Assembly (NCBI GenBank): GCA_944319795.1
Contig: CALUFA010000004.1
Coordinates: 17,193-81,192, forward strand
From: an uncultured Prevotella sp.
Lineage (GTDB): Bacteria; Bacteroidota; Bacteroidia; Bacteroidales; Bacteroidaceae
Reading direction: 5' to 3'
Length of the DNA: 64,000 bases
The notes under the pieces: generated by a model
Seen by the model: the letters and a program-made list of their open reading frames with translations, nothing else
What the model was told of the DNA's origin: nothing
Database searches by the model: none
Position numbers and translations under genes: made by a program
Part shown: in pieces, positions 9,492 to 18,701 of the stretch
Position numbering within the stretch: position 1 is the stretch's first letter
Layout: each line of letters opens with the position of its first letter

Positions 9492-11840
9492 TTATTTACA
9501 TTCTGTTATTATGTCATGCGTTATCTTGCCGTCTTTTATCTCGGCTTCCACTATCCGTCCGCCCGTGGCATGCAGGCGGAAGCGGGCGTCAACGTCTTTC
9601 GGCCACGCTGGGAAGAGCAGCAGGCTGCCGTCGGGAGCTTCTTGAAGGAGCATCTCCTGAAGGCCGATCATGGCTCCGCCGCCGCGGTTGCAGTCGGGCG
9701 CCCAGTCGTAACCGGGATCCCAGAAAGCCGTGAAGCGGTAAGGGCCGTCGGCCAGTTTCGCCGTGTTGAGCCGCACGGCTTCGTCAGTAAGGCCGAGGCA
9801 GGCGGCCCAGATGTTGTCCTGCTTCCAGCCGATGTGCGTGCGCATCTCAAGCGCGTGGGGGTCTTTCATGTATGTGTTGCGCGCTATGTCGAGCCCGTCG
9901 CGCCCCATTCCGTACACACGCCACGGGAACACGGGGTAGAGTTGCGGTGTCTCCACGTTCTGTATTCGTGCCCATACGACGGCCGGGGCGATGCATGTAT
10001 CGCCGCCGATTGTGCGCAATGGGATGTCTGGAATACGGCTTTTGAAAGTAGAGTCAAGGGCGTATGCTGAAAAATCTTTAAGACCTTTCAGCGCCTTATA
10101 CTTCTCAAACTGCTCCGTGACGACTTTCAGCGCGGCTACGACGCTCGACGGATTGTAGGCCATCTTGTACGTCTCGCAGCCCGACGAGGGGTAGAGTATC
10201 AGCTTACCGTCGCCGTCTAACGCCTTTACTCCCCGTTGCTTGGCGAGCATCTGGTAATGCTCGTCGAAGAAGCGGAGGCAGCTTATGATCATCGGTTCGT
10301 ACTTCGTAATGTCCATGCCGGTGTAGAAGTGCGCCTGGAGTATCATCGAACAGAACTCGAGCGACGTGTCCCACTGGTATTCCAGCCATGCGTTGCGCTC
10401 CATGCCCGGGTCGTCGCCGGGCTTGTGCTTGCCGTATTCGGCCGGGTTGGGCAGTCCGAAGTTCTCTATCTGCTCGCAATACGACGCTCCGCGGTGGCCC
10501 CAGTAGTGCTTGGTGCGCGCCTCGGCGGTGGGCAGAAAGCGCAGGTACGTGTCGAACTGGGCGGCCATCATGTCCGTGTCGCCGCTCTTCAGCATTGGCC
10601 AGTAGACGAGCCTTTGGTTCTGTGCGGTCATCGTGCCGCCTCCCCACTTGCGGTAATCGGGCGTGAAGGGCGTCTTCGGGTCTACGTAAACGGGGTCGAA
10701 CGTGAACAGTCCGCCGTTGAACTTCGACGGCCATTCGCCGTAGGCGTTGCACCCGAGCATGTAGCGGAACAGCTCGTAGTTACGCACAGCCTTAGGCAAT
10801 GCATAATTCAGAATGCAGAATGCAGAATCGGCTACGCCGTAGTCGACGGCTGCCGATGCCCCGTCCTTCACTCTTAACTCTTCACTCTTAATTCTTAATT
10901 CTTCACTCTTCACTCTTAACTCAATGTTGCTCCGCTGCCAATACTCGTGCCACCACTCGGCGCTGCGCTTGCGCGACACCTTTGCCGACGGCGCTTCGGG
11001 CACGTTGTCGCCCGTATAGAGCACGAAGGTCATTGCGGCCTTGCGCACGCCCTGCGCCTTGAAGTTCCACGCGCGGTAGTCGGTCGAGGCGTAAACGCCG
11101 TCGCTCGTGCCGGTGAAAGTAAAGCCCGGGGCGGTCATCCTGCCGCCGAAGCGCAGGCCGCCTATCGGGTTGTAAAGCTGCTGCTTGATGCCGTCGAGCT
11201 GCTCGCGGTTCACGGTGAAGTCGAAAACGGTCTGCTCGCGGTTCTTGTGCCAGAAGTCGAGCGTCGGGCCTTCGGCGCGTATCGAGTCGGCATACGTTGT
11301 GCAGTCTTTGGGCAACACCCACTTATACGAGCACTGCTGGCACTCGGCTTTCGTCACCGGGCGGTCCTTGTACCGCCAACTCTCGTAGCTCAGGGTGGCG
11401 TCGGTCTTGACGGCTGACGTTACCTCCATGTACACGGCCGAGGTGTAGACGTCGGCCCAAAGGCGCACTTCGGCGCCGCGGCCCTTTACGTACACCGCCC
11501 CGTCGCTTAGCTTAAGAGTCTGGCTGAAGCTGCCGTCGCCGCCCTTGAAGGGGTCGGAGGCGAGGCGCAGGCGGAAGCGTCCGGCCTTGAGCAACGTGTT
11601 GTTTTCGTCGAACATGCCGCTGCGCGCAACGTAGAACATAACGTCGCCGTCCTCAACCCACACGTTCATGCCGACGTCGTGGCCACCGCAAGGCATCGAG
11701 CCGGCCGAGTTTTGGCTCGGCGAAGTCCACACGTAGTCGTCGGGAACATAGTCGGCAGCCACGGCGGGCAGCACGGAACATACGAAAGCAAAGAAACACA
11801 CGACCGGCATAACGCCGACGCTTGAAACCTTTTTCATCAT
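9492..11840 (-). CDS. DUF5703-type putative glycoside hydrolase (secreted)
   Basis: The ORF runs 9492-11930. The likely start is the MMKKVSS.. ATG at 11838-11840, which precedes a signal peptide. The N-terminal SMPCGGHDVGMNVWVEDGDVMFY pattern resembles DUF5703_N. The gene is adjacent to the GH78 gene. Confidence 0.6.
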   Translation of the reverse strand: MMKKVSSVGVMPVVCFFAFVCSVLPAVAADYVPDDYVWTSPSQNSAGSMPCGGHDVGMNVWVEDGDVMFYVARSGMFDENNTLLKAGRFRLRLASDPFKGGDGSFSQTLKLSDGAVYVKGRGAEVRLWADVYTSAVYMEVTSAVKTDATLSYESWRYKDRPVTKAECQQCSYKWVLPKDCTTYADSIRAEGPTLDFWHKNREQTVFDFTVNREQLDGIKQQLYNPIGGLRFGGRMTAPGFTFTGTSDGVYASTDYRAWNFKAQGVRKAAMTFVLYTGDNVPEAPSAKVSRKRSAEWWHEYWQRSNIELRVKSEELRIKSEELRVKDGASAAVDYGVADSAFCILNYALPKAVRNYELFRYMLGCNAYGEWPSKFNGGLFTFDPVYVDPKTPFTPDYRKWGGGTMTAQNQRLVYWPMLKSGDTDMMAAQFDTYLRFLPTAEARTKHYWGHRGASYCEQIENFGLPNPAEYGKHKPGDDPGMERNAWLEYQWDTSLEFCSMILQAHFYTGMDITKYEPMIISCLRFFDEHYQMLAKQRGVKALDGDGKLILYPSSGCETYKMAYNPSSVVAALKVVTEQFEKYKALKGLKDFSAYALDSTFKSRIPDIPLRTIGGDTCIAPAVVWARIQNVETPQLYPVFPWRVYGMGRDGLDIARNTYMKDPHALEMRTHIGWKQDNIWAACLGLTDEAVRLNTAKLADGPYRFTAFWDPGYDWAPDCNRGGGAMIGLQEMLLQEAPDGSLLLFPAWPKDVDARFRLHATGGRIVEAEIKDGKITHDIITECK
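10868..10922. repeat. Family B word block located inside the coding sequence
   Basis: The minus strand reads gagttaagagtgaagagtgaagaattaagaattaagagtgaagagttaagagtgaag, which translates in frame as ELRVKSEELRIKSEELRVK. Confidence 0.7.
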
Positions 11841-11941
11841 GTCTGTAAGGTCCAGGTGAAAGTTTTCCATGTCTGATATTATAGTATTTTGTTTGTCATA
11901 AGGCCGTACCGGCAGGCAACCCCCTGCCATACTTACAGCTA

Positions 11942-11949
11942 CAAAGATA
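11942..11949 (-). promoter_or_regulatory. -7 box TATCTTTG (minus strand) upstream of the DUF5703 gene
   Basis: caaagata sits at 11942-11949. Confidence 0.4.
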
Positions 11950-12093
11950 TTAAATAATATCTATACACCACTACGCCAGCCTGAAAAATAAAGCTAAATG
12001 CCCAAAAAACAAAGGAGATTTACCTACGGCATAGCGCTGACGGAAAGACGGATTACCCAACGTCATGGTTGTAGCCGCACGCCGGACAACGTA

Positions 12094-12207
12094 TGAAAGG
12101 CATCCTTTCGCAGCGCAAAAGGTTACCTATTGAACGCTAAAAGGCTGCCTTTTGCACCGCAAAAGGCAGCCTTTTAGAAAAGCATTGGTAGTCAACGCAT
12201 TACGCAA
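12094..12207. repeat. Family A nested-palindrome array
   Basis: ctaaaaggctgccttttgc-acc-gcaaaaggcagccttttag is a perfect 41-nt palindrome whose arms are themselves palindromes. It is flanked by cattggtagtcaacgcattacgcaa. Confidence 0.75.
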
Positions 12208-12297
12208 CTGCCGGCAGGCATATTTCAAGCCATGCCAAACCGTGGTAAAACAAGGGACTGACGCTATACAAATAGGCGAGTGCCCACATATAGCCAA

Positions 12298-12462
12298 GCA
12301 CTCCATCCTCTTCTAAGCAGTCGGATGGTAATTGTCATTCCGGGCGTAGACCCGGAATCCAGTATATACGACCTCGTTCTTTTATAAATGGGCGCTTTCT
12401 AGATTCCGGGTCTACGCCCGGAATGACAATTACCATCCGACTTATAGAATGAGGATGGAGCA
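12298..12462. mobile_element. Family F nested palindrome (MITE-like, short form)
   Basis: About 62-nt arms (ctccatcctc..gtcggatggtaattgtcattccgggcgtagacccggaatc) surround a loop of about 38 nt. Each arm contains the inner palindrome attccggg/cccggaat. It is related to the element at 45618-45854. Confidence 0.6.
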
Positions 12463-12487
12463 TTTAGTAAATTGCGGATATTCTATT

Positions 12488-13261
12488 TTAGAATATGCGT
12501 CCGCAGATGCGCAGGTTGATTACGGGATATATCTTTATCTTGCTCAGCACGTCGACAAAGTCGCCGCCGTCTTCGCCGAAATCCTCGCTCGTAAGCTCGT
12601 CGCCGTTACAGTATATCTTCGGCGAACCCCAGAACATAACGCCTGCCTCGAACATAAGTCCGATGCGCTTCTTGGGCACCGCACGGCCCGAACCGATACC
12701 GATGTACGGCCTGAAGCCCGAAGTCTTTATCGCGGCGCTGATGTTTCCGTCGGCATCAGGAGTGAGCAGATAGTCGCCAAGCTCGTATCCTATCATACGG
12801 TCGGGATGGTCGCGGTTGTATTCGGTCAGTCCCATAAGCATGCCGTCTTCCTTGTTGTAAGCCTTGATGATGCTTCCGCCACCGAAATAGAATCCCGCCG
12901 TTACGTGGAACGTGCTTTTCTTAAACGGGTAAACGTCGAAAAGCAGCTTGCCGTTGGTGAAGCCTATCTTTGCCTCAGCCTCCAAAACGTCGGGCACGCC
13001 GTAGCCTGACAGCTCTGACGAATAGTCGTTCAAATCCATTTCAGCGTCGAACTTGAACTTCGGCAGCATCGAGAAACCAGCGCGCACCTGTACGTAATTG
13101 CAGATGGGCATGGCCACATCGGCACCGAAACCGGGCGTACCGGCCGTTACTCCGACCGAAAGGTGGTTGAAAAGGTTCTTGTCCTCTACTTCTTCTTGGG
13201 CACTTGCGTTCGTAGCGAAGACCGCCGCCGCAATGAACATGATAAGATGTTTGAATCTCAT
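12488..13261 (-). CDS. putative outer-membrane beta-barrel protein
   Basis: 257 aa with a signal peptide (..ATNASAQ), alternating hydrophobic strands, and a C-terminal ICGRIF ending in Phe. Confidence 0.55.
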   Translation of the reverse strand: MRFKHLIMFIAAAVFATNASAQEEVEDKNLFNHLSVGVTAGTPGFGADVAMPICNYVQVRAGFSMLPKFKFDAEMDLNDYSSELSGYGVPDVLEAEAKIGFTNGKLLFDVYPFKKSTFHVTAGFYFGGGSIIKAYNKEDGMLMGLTEYNRDHPDRMIGYELGDYLLTPDADGNISAAIKTSGFRPYIGIGSGRAVPKKRIGLMFEAGVMFWGSPKIYCNGDELTSEDFGEDGGDFVDVLSKIKIYPVINLRICGRIF

Positions 13262-13324
13262 GACAAAATTGTTTTTGTAAAAAAATAATTATATAAAAAG
13301 TCTGTTAATTAGCGTTTGATTGCG

Positions 13325-13332
13325 CAAAGGTA
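13325..13332 (-). promoter_or_regulatory. -7 box TACCTTTG (minus strand) upstream of the OMP gene
   Basis: caaaggta sits at 13325-13332, 64 nt from the ATG at 13261. Confidence 0.4.
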
Positions 13333-13384
13333 AGTTAATTAGGCTTATCGTACAACTTTTTGTGTGAAAACATTGAAATTATTT

Positions 13385-13490
13385 GTAACTTTGCATAAGA
13401 TAAGCTGCACTCGGGAAATTGAAAGTAAACTTTCTTTCCACTCGTTTGCATTATCTTTGCCAAAGATAAGCTGCACTCGGCAATCTGCCG
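13385..13490 (+). promoter_or_regulatory. Family E cassette (degenerate or truncated units) upstream of the rRNA methyltransferase
   Basis: Contains TAACTTTG (13387-13394), the unit junction cataagataagctgcactcgg, and TATCTTTG (13452-13459), followed by a second aagataagctgcactcgg unit start. Confidence 0.5.
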
Positions 13491-13491
13491 C

Positions 13492-14961
13492 ATGCGAAAA
13501 AGAGAACATCCGGACATTATGGACATTGCACTACCTGAAGACTTCATCAACAGTACGAAAGCCGCCTTTGGCGACAGGCTTTGGGCCGAACTGGCAAGCG
13601 GACTCGCCGCAGAGGCACCTGTAAGCATAAGGCTGAACCCGGCGAAATGCCGCTGCGACGACGTAGAAATAACCGGCAGCGAAGGGCGGGTGCCGTGGTG
13701 TGAAGACGGGTTTTACCTGAAGTCGCGCCCTAACTTCACCTTCGACCCCATGCTGCACGCCGGACTGTATTACGTGCAAGAGGCTTCGTCGATGTTCCTC
13801 GACCGAGTGCTGAGGCAGTACGGCGGTACGGCAAAGACGGCACTCGACCTGTGCGCAGCCCCCGGGGGAAAGTCTACCGTGGCGCGGACGTCGCTGCCGG
13901 CCGACTGCCTGCTCGTAAGCAACGAACCAATACGGACGCGCGCGCAGATATTGGCTGAGAACATGCAGAAGTTCGGCAACGCCGACGTTATCGTGACAAA
14001 CAATTATCCAGAGGACTTCAAGCGCAGCGGCTTGGCGTTCGACGTGGTGATAGCCGACGTACCGTGCTCGGGCGAAGGCATGTTCCGTAAGGACGCCGGG
14101 GCGGTGAAAGAGTGGAGCTTGCAGAACGTGGAGAAGTGTTGGCGGCTGCAACGCGGAATCGTAACCGACATTTGGGAATGCCTGAAACCGGGCGGACTGC
14201 TCGTATATTCAACTTGCACGTTCAACACGAAAGAGAACGAAGAGAACGTAAGATTCATCTGCGAAGAGCTCGGGGCTGAAGTCCTAAGCGTTGAAACCTC
14301 GCCCGACTGGCGCATAACGGGCTCGCTGCTCGGCGGATTCGACCGCCCCGTTTACCGTTTCCTACCAGGAAAGACGAAGGGCGAAGGGCTGTTCATGGCC
14401 GTAATGCGCAAGCACGGAACAGAAGAAGAAGGGCAACGCACACCGAAAAAAACAAAAGACAAGCACAAGGGGCGCAAACAAGGACGCGGCGGCACGGACG
14501 CAAGCGCAGACACGACATGGCTTACAGCCCCCGAAAAGTTCGACATCGTGCAGGCCGGCGACACGTTCATGGCCGTTCCACAGGCATGGAAAGACGTTTA
14601 CGCAACGGCCGCAAAGACGCTGAAAATACTTTCGGCCGGCGTCGTTATTGGCGAAGCCAAAGGCCGCGACGTAGTCCCCTCGCAAGCCTTAGCCCTTTCC
14701 ACAAGCTGCAACACATCGGCATTCCCTACGGTCGGACTTGACTACCGCCAGGCGCTAAGCTACCTACGCAAGGAGGCCGTGCCTCTGCCCGAAGGCACTC
14801 CGCGCGGCTACGTGCTCGTTACATACAAGGGCGTGCCCATAGGTTTTGAGAAAAACATCGGCAACCGGGCAAACAACCTTTATCCGGCAGAATGGAAAAT
14901 AAAAAGCACGCACACGCCCGAAACCCCAAACGAAATAATAAGGAAAAAAACAACAGAATAA
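13492..14961 (+). CDS. rRNA cytosine-C5 methyltransferase (RsmB/RsmF, NOL1/NOP2/Sun family)
   Basis: 489 aa. Motifs [12 protein letters not shown] and [13 protein letters not shown] are present, plus a C-terminal PUA-like extension. Confidence 0.85.
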   Translation: MRKREHPDIMDIALPEDFINSTKAAFGDRLWAELASGLAAEAPVSIRLNPAKCRCDDVEITGSEGRVPWCEDGFYLKSRPNFTFDPMLHAGLYYVQEASSMFLDRVLRQYGGTAKTALDLCAAPGGKSTVARTSLPADCLLVSNEPIRTRAQILAENMQKFGNADVIVTNNYPEDFKRSGLAFDVVIADVPCSGEGMFRKDAGAVKEWSLQNVEKCWRLQRGIVTDIWECLKPGGLLVYSTCTFNTKENEENVRFICEELGAEVLSVETSPDWRITGSLLGGFDRPVYRFLPGKTKGEGLFMAVMRKHGTEEEGQRTPKKTKDKHKGRKQGRGGTDASADTTWLTAPEKFDIVQAGDTFMAVPQAWKDVYATAAKTLKILSAGVVIGEAKGRDVVPSQALALSTSCNTSAFPTVGLDYRQALSYLRKEAVPLPEGTPRGYVLVTYKGVPIGFEKNIGNRANNLYPAEWKIKSTHTPETPNEIIRKKTTE

Positions 14962-14971
14962 TAAAAATACG

Positions 14972-15766
14972 ATGAAACAATATCTTGACCTGCTCAACCG
15001 TATAATTACGGAAGGCGTAAAGAAGCACGACCGCACGGGTACGGGCACGATAAGCATATTCGGAAACCAGATGCGCTTCAATCTTGAAGACGGTTTCCCG
15101 CTGCTGACGACGAAGAAATTGCACCTTAAGTCGATAATATACGAACTGCTCTGGTTCCTGAAGGGCGACACCAACGTGAAATACTTACAGGAGCACGGAG
15201 TGAGAATATGGAACGAATGGGCCGACGCCGACGGCGAGCTCGGCCCGATATACGGCCACCAGTGGCGCTCGTGGCCCGACTACGACGGGGGGCACATCGA
15301 CCAGATTAGGAACGTCGTAGAGCAGATAAAGCACAACCCTGACTCGCGGCGCATGATTGTCAGCGCATGGAACGTGGCCGACATCGAGCAAATGCACCTG
15401 CCTCCGTGCCACTGCCTATTTCAGTTCTACGTAGCCGACGGCCGGCTCAGCCTGCAGCTTTACCAGCGCAGCGCCGACACTTTCCTCGGAGTGCCTTTCA
15501 ACATAGCGTCTTACGCACTGCTGCTGATGATGATGGCGCAAGTGACGGGGCTTAAGCCGGGCGACTTCATACACACTACGGGCGACACACACCTGTACCT
15601 AAACCACCTTGAACAGGTAAAATTGCAGCTTACGCGCGAGCCCCGGCCGTTGCCTACGATGCGCCTCAACCCCGACGTTAAGGACATATTCAGCTTCAAA
15701 TACGAAGACTTCACCCTCGAGAATTACAACCCGTGGCCGCACATATCAGGCAAAGTGAGCGTTTAA
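14972..15766 (+). CDS. thyA: thymidylate synthase
   Basis: 264 aa. Shows DRTGTGT, the LPPCH catalytic Cys context, and conserved ThyA length. Confidence 0.95.
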   Translation: MKQYLDLLNRIITEGVKKHDRTGTGTISIFGNQMRFNLEDGFPLLTTKKLHLKSIIYELLWFLKGDTNVKYLQEHGVRIWNEWADADGELGPIYGHQWRSWPDYDGGHIDQIRNVVEQIKHNPDSRRMIVSAWNVADIEQMHLPPCHCLFQFYVADGRLSLQLYQRSADTFLGVPFNIASYALLLMMMAQVTGLKPGDFIHTTGDTHLYLNHLEQVKLQLTREPRPLPTMRLNPDVKDIFSFKYEDFTLENYNPWPHISGKVSV

Positions 15767-15829
15767 TAAATTAAGAATTAGGAGTTAAAAACTGAAAGTC
15801 AGCGTTAAGCTAATTAAGAAATTTACCGA

Positions 15830-16309
15830 ATGAGAATATCAATCATAGCCGCCGTTGCACGCAACCGCGCAATCGGCAAGGACAACAAACTGGTTTACCG
15901 CCTACCGGACGACATGAAACGCTTCAAGGCTTTGACGACGGGACACACCGTCGTAATGGGCCGCAAGACGTTCGAGTCGCTGCCGAAAGGCGCCCTACCC
16001 AACCGCAGGAACATCGTTTTAAGCCGCACAAGGCACGACTTCCCGGGGTGCGAAGCGTACACTTCGCTTGAAGAGGCACTCAAACATTGCTCACAGGAAG
16101 AGGACATTTATATAATAGGTGGGGCGGAAGTATATGGACAGAGCATCAACATGGCCGACCGGCTCTGCCTGACGGAAGTCGACGACACGCCCGACGGTGC
16201 CGACGCCTTTTTCCCCGAATACGACGGTTGGCATGAAGTGAGCCGCGAAGAGCACGCCGCAGACGAACGCCACGCCTACCGTTTCGCCTTCGTCGACTAT
16301 GAAAGATAA
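15830..16309 (+). CDS. folA: dihydrofolate reductase
   Basis: 159 aa. Begins ISIIAAVARNRAIGKDNKL, contains VVMGRKTFESLP, and sits downstream of thyA. Confidence 0.9.
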   Translation: MRISIIAAVARNRAIGKDNKLVYRLPDDMKRFKALTTGHTVVMGRKTFESLPKGALPNRRNIVLSRTRHDFPGCEAYTSLEEALKHCSQEEDIYIIGGAEVYGQSINMADRLCLTEVDDTPDGADAFFPEYDGWHEVSREEHAADERHAYRFAFVDYER

Positions 16310-16310
16310 A

Positions 16311-16357
16311 CGGTAAAAGCCGTGGATAGGCACGCGTCCTGCCCACGGCTTTTACCG
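16311..16357. terminator. bidirectional hairpin terminator between the convergent folA and TlpA-like genes
   Basis: A 15-bp perfect stem pairs cggtaaaagccgtgg with ccacggcttttaccg, with a 17-nt loop. Confidence 0.6.
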
Positions 16358-16370
16358 TTACGGTTGTGTT

Positions 16371-17551
16371 TCATTGCTTTGAAAATAGCTTTTCAACACG
16401 CTCTTTCAGTCCTCCTTCGGTGTAACCAACCCATTTTTCAATGAATGTTCCTTGCGGAGAAATAAGCACAAAGAGCGGTATGCCGTAGATGCCGAACTTC
16501 GCCGCTATGCCGCTCGCCCCTGACGGTCGTTCAGGTTGTTACCAGTCACACCGTATTTCTCGGTAGCCTTGCGCCAAATCTTGTCGTTGTCGAGCGACAG
16601 GCTGACAACGGCCACGGAGTCTTTATGCGTTTCAGCTATTTCTTTTAGTTCAGGTATGGCCATTACGCAACCACGGCAACCATAGCTCCAGAAGTCCATA
16701 AGTATGTATTTCCCCCTGAAGTCGGCAAGCCTATGGACATTTCCGTCCAAGTCATACAAGTCTGTATCACTTACAAATTCTCCTACCTTGAATTGCGCAG
16801 GAGGGTATATCACAGCTCCGGCTTCCTTTCCCATAGGCGTGTTACGCCACATTTCGGGTAGCTTGTCGTAAAGTTCCCTGACGCTGTTCTTCACGTCCTC
16901 GCGCTCAGAATGCTTCGCGATGTAAGCATTGTTGAGAAGTTCCAACATCCAAACGTCGTCCACCTGCATGGCCGCCATCATCTTGCTTTCCTTTAAGATG
17001 ATCTCTTCATGCAGCTGTTTTGTCGCCTGTTTCAGGCTGTCGCGTACCGCTTTCAACCTTGACTTGTCGCTTTCCGCAATACCTTTTGCCTTCAGTTGTG
17101 CCTTTACGGCGTCCTCCTGCCGGTTGTTTCGCTGTACTGCGATCCATAAGTCACGCACCGGGGCTATGAATTTCTGCCTCTCCATCTGTTCCGGAACGTC
17201 GCTTTCTACGTTCCATGTGTAAACAAACATGTCGTCGGAGGAAATCCTTACATAACTGCCTGGGCGCACATACAGTCTTAGGATCATGCTCCCTGTACCG
17301 CCGTACTGTGCGGCCAACGACATATTGTCAGTACCGCTGCCGGTGGTTTCACCCTCAAAGCGGAACTTGCCGGCGCGCAACGTGTCCCTCGCAACAATCG
17401 TTCCGAGATTCCCCTCGTCGCGGAACAGTAATATCTCCGTACCTTCCGGCGCTTCGCCTACGTTACCTTCTATCACATAAACATTTTGCGCTTGCGACAC
17501 AAAAGGTGACAACGCAAGCGCAAAAGACAGGATGAATTTATTCAAGTCCAT
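16371..17551 (-). pseudogene. TlpA/AhpC-like thioredoxin-fold lipoprotein (DUF4369-type N-terminus) with a single-base frameshift near its 3' end
   Basis: The main ORF stops at 16505 (..NNLNDRQGRAA*). The expected C-terminus PSGASGIAAKFGIYGIPLFVLISPQGTFIEKWVGY..KQ* continues in another frame down to the stop at 16371-16373. A missing base in the short G/C run at about 16525-16526 would restore ..NDPSGASG.. Confidence 0.65.
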
Positions 17552-17561
17552 ATCATACATG

Positions 17562-18056
17562 TTAATCGTCGGCCTCATCCGGGTCGTCGATCGGCATGTC
17601 GATAATCGGCAACTGGCGGCTGAAAGCCGAGTTGAACGATATTATCGTCTCGCTGCGCGACAACCCGAGCGGCTGAAGACGGTCGTGGATTATGTTCAGC
17701 AAATGGTGGTTGTTGGTTGCGTAAATCTTGATGAACATGTCGTAATCGCCCGTCGTATAGTGGCATTCCACCACCTCGGGAATCTTTTTCAGTTCGTCGA
17801 CAACCTCGTCGAACTTCTCCGGATTCTTCAGGTTCAGCCCCATATAGGCGCATGTCTCATAGCCTATCTTTTCGGGGTCGATGATGAATTTAGAACCCTT
17901 AAGCACCCCAAGGTTGTTAAGTTTCTGTATTCTTTGGTGAATGGCTGCGCCACTCACATTGCACGAACGCGCCACCTCTAAGAACGGGATGCGTGCGTCC
18001 TCGGCAATAAGTTTAAGAATCTTCTTGTCTAATGAGTCTAAATTGTGATGTGCCAT
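17562..18056 (-). CDS. Lrp/AsnC family transcriptional regulator
   Basis: 164 aa with the LDKKILKLIAEDARIPFLEVARSCNVSGAAIHQRIQKL HTH region and a RAM domain. Confidence 0.9.
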   Translation of the reverse strand: MAHHNLDSLDKKILKLIAEDARIPFLEVARSCNVSGAAIHQRIQKLNNLGVLKGSKFIIDPEKIGYETCAYMGLNLKNPEKFDEVVDELKKIPEVVECHYTTGDYDMFIKIYATNNHHLLNIIHDRLQPLGLSRSETIISFNSAFSRQLPIIDMPIDDPDEADD

Positions 18057-18139
18057 TGCTGTGGAAATTTACTTGTGTTTTAGATTTTGACAACATGTAA
18101 ACAACTCTACGCCAAATACATATTGCCTCTTACTTTGCG

Positions 18140-18147
18140 CAAAGATA
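18140..18147 (-). promoter_or_regulatory. -7 box TATCTTTG (minus strand) upstream of the AsnC-family gene
   Basis: caaagata sits at 18140-18147. Confidence 0.4.
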
Positions 18148-18233
18148 CTATAAAATTATCATTTCCGCAACAAATTGTAAGTAAATTTTTAACTTTAGGC
18201 TATGGATTAAAACAATTATGAAGATTTAACAGG

Positions 18234-18701
18234 TTATTTTCCGCCTTTTTTGACGGCTGAATAGTTCACGCGTAAGGCACCGGCCTTACGCAAGGCTTGC
18301 TTCACATCGGATATTACTCCCATCTCTGTGCCACGGTCGGCCTTTATCGACACGCTCATAGCCTGTGCGTCTTCGGGCGACATCCGTTCGCGTTCCTCGG
18401 CGACATAATCCGTTACCGCCGTTACGTCGGCTATCTTGTCGTTCAGCTGTATGCATGTTTTGCCGCCTACGGCGCGGCGCATTCCGTCCGTAGGTTTGCC
18501 TATATAAATATATGTAACGGCCGACTTCTTAACAAGACGGGTAAGTTCCGTACCCTGTGGAACTTGGTACTTTACCTTAAGGGTGACTTCGCGCATGTGG
18601 GTAACGGTGATGAAAAAGAAAAGCACGGTGAATATCAAGTCGGGCAATGCCGCCGTATTAAGTTGCGGCACCTCGCGCCTTACATGGTTGAAAAAGCTCA
18701 T
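18234..18701 (-). CDS. exbD: biopolymer transporter ExbD/TolR
   Basis: 155 aa. Has an N-terminal LNTAALPDLIFTVLFFF transmembrane segment and a 4-bp overlap with the upstream exbD. Confidence 0.85.
   Translation of the reverse strand: MSFFNHVRREVPQLNTAALPDLIFTVLFFFITVTHMREVTLKVKYQVPQGTELTRLVKKSAVTYIYIGKPTDGMRRAVGGKTCIQLNDKIADVTAVTDYVAEERERMSPEDAQAMSVSIKADRGTEMGVISDVKQALRKAGALRVNYSAVKKGGK

Noticed and set aside
12298-12462. An integron attC site or phage att site as an explanation for the F palindromes.
   Set aside because: No integrase gene is nearby. There is no GTTRRRY-type core site. The arms are much longer and more perfect than those of attC sites.
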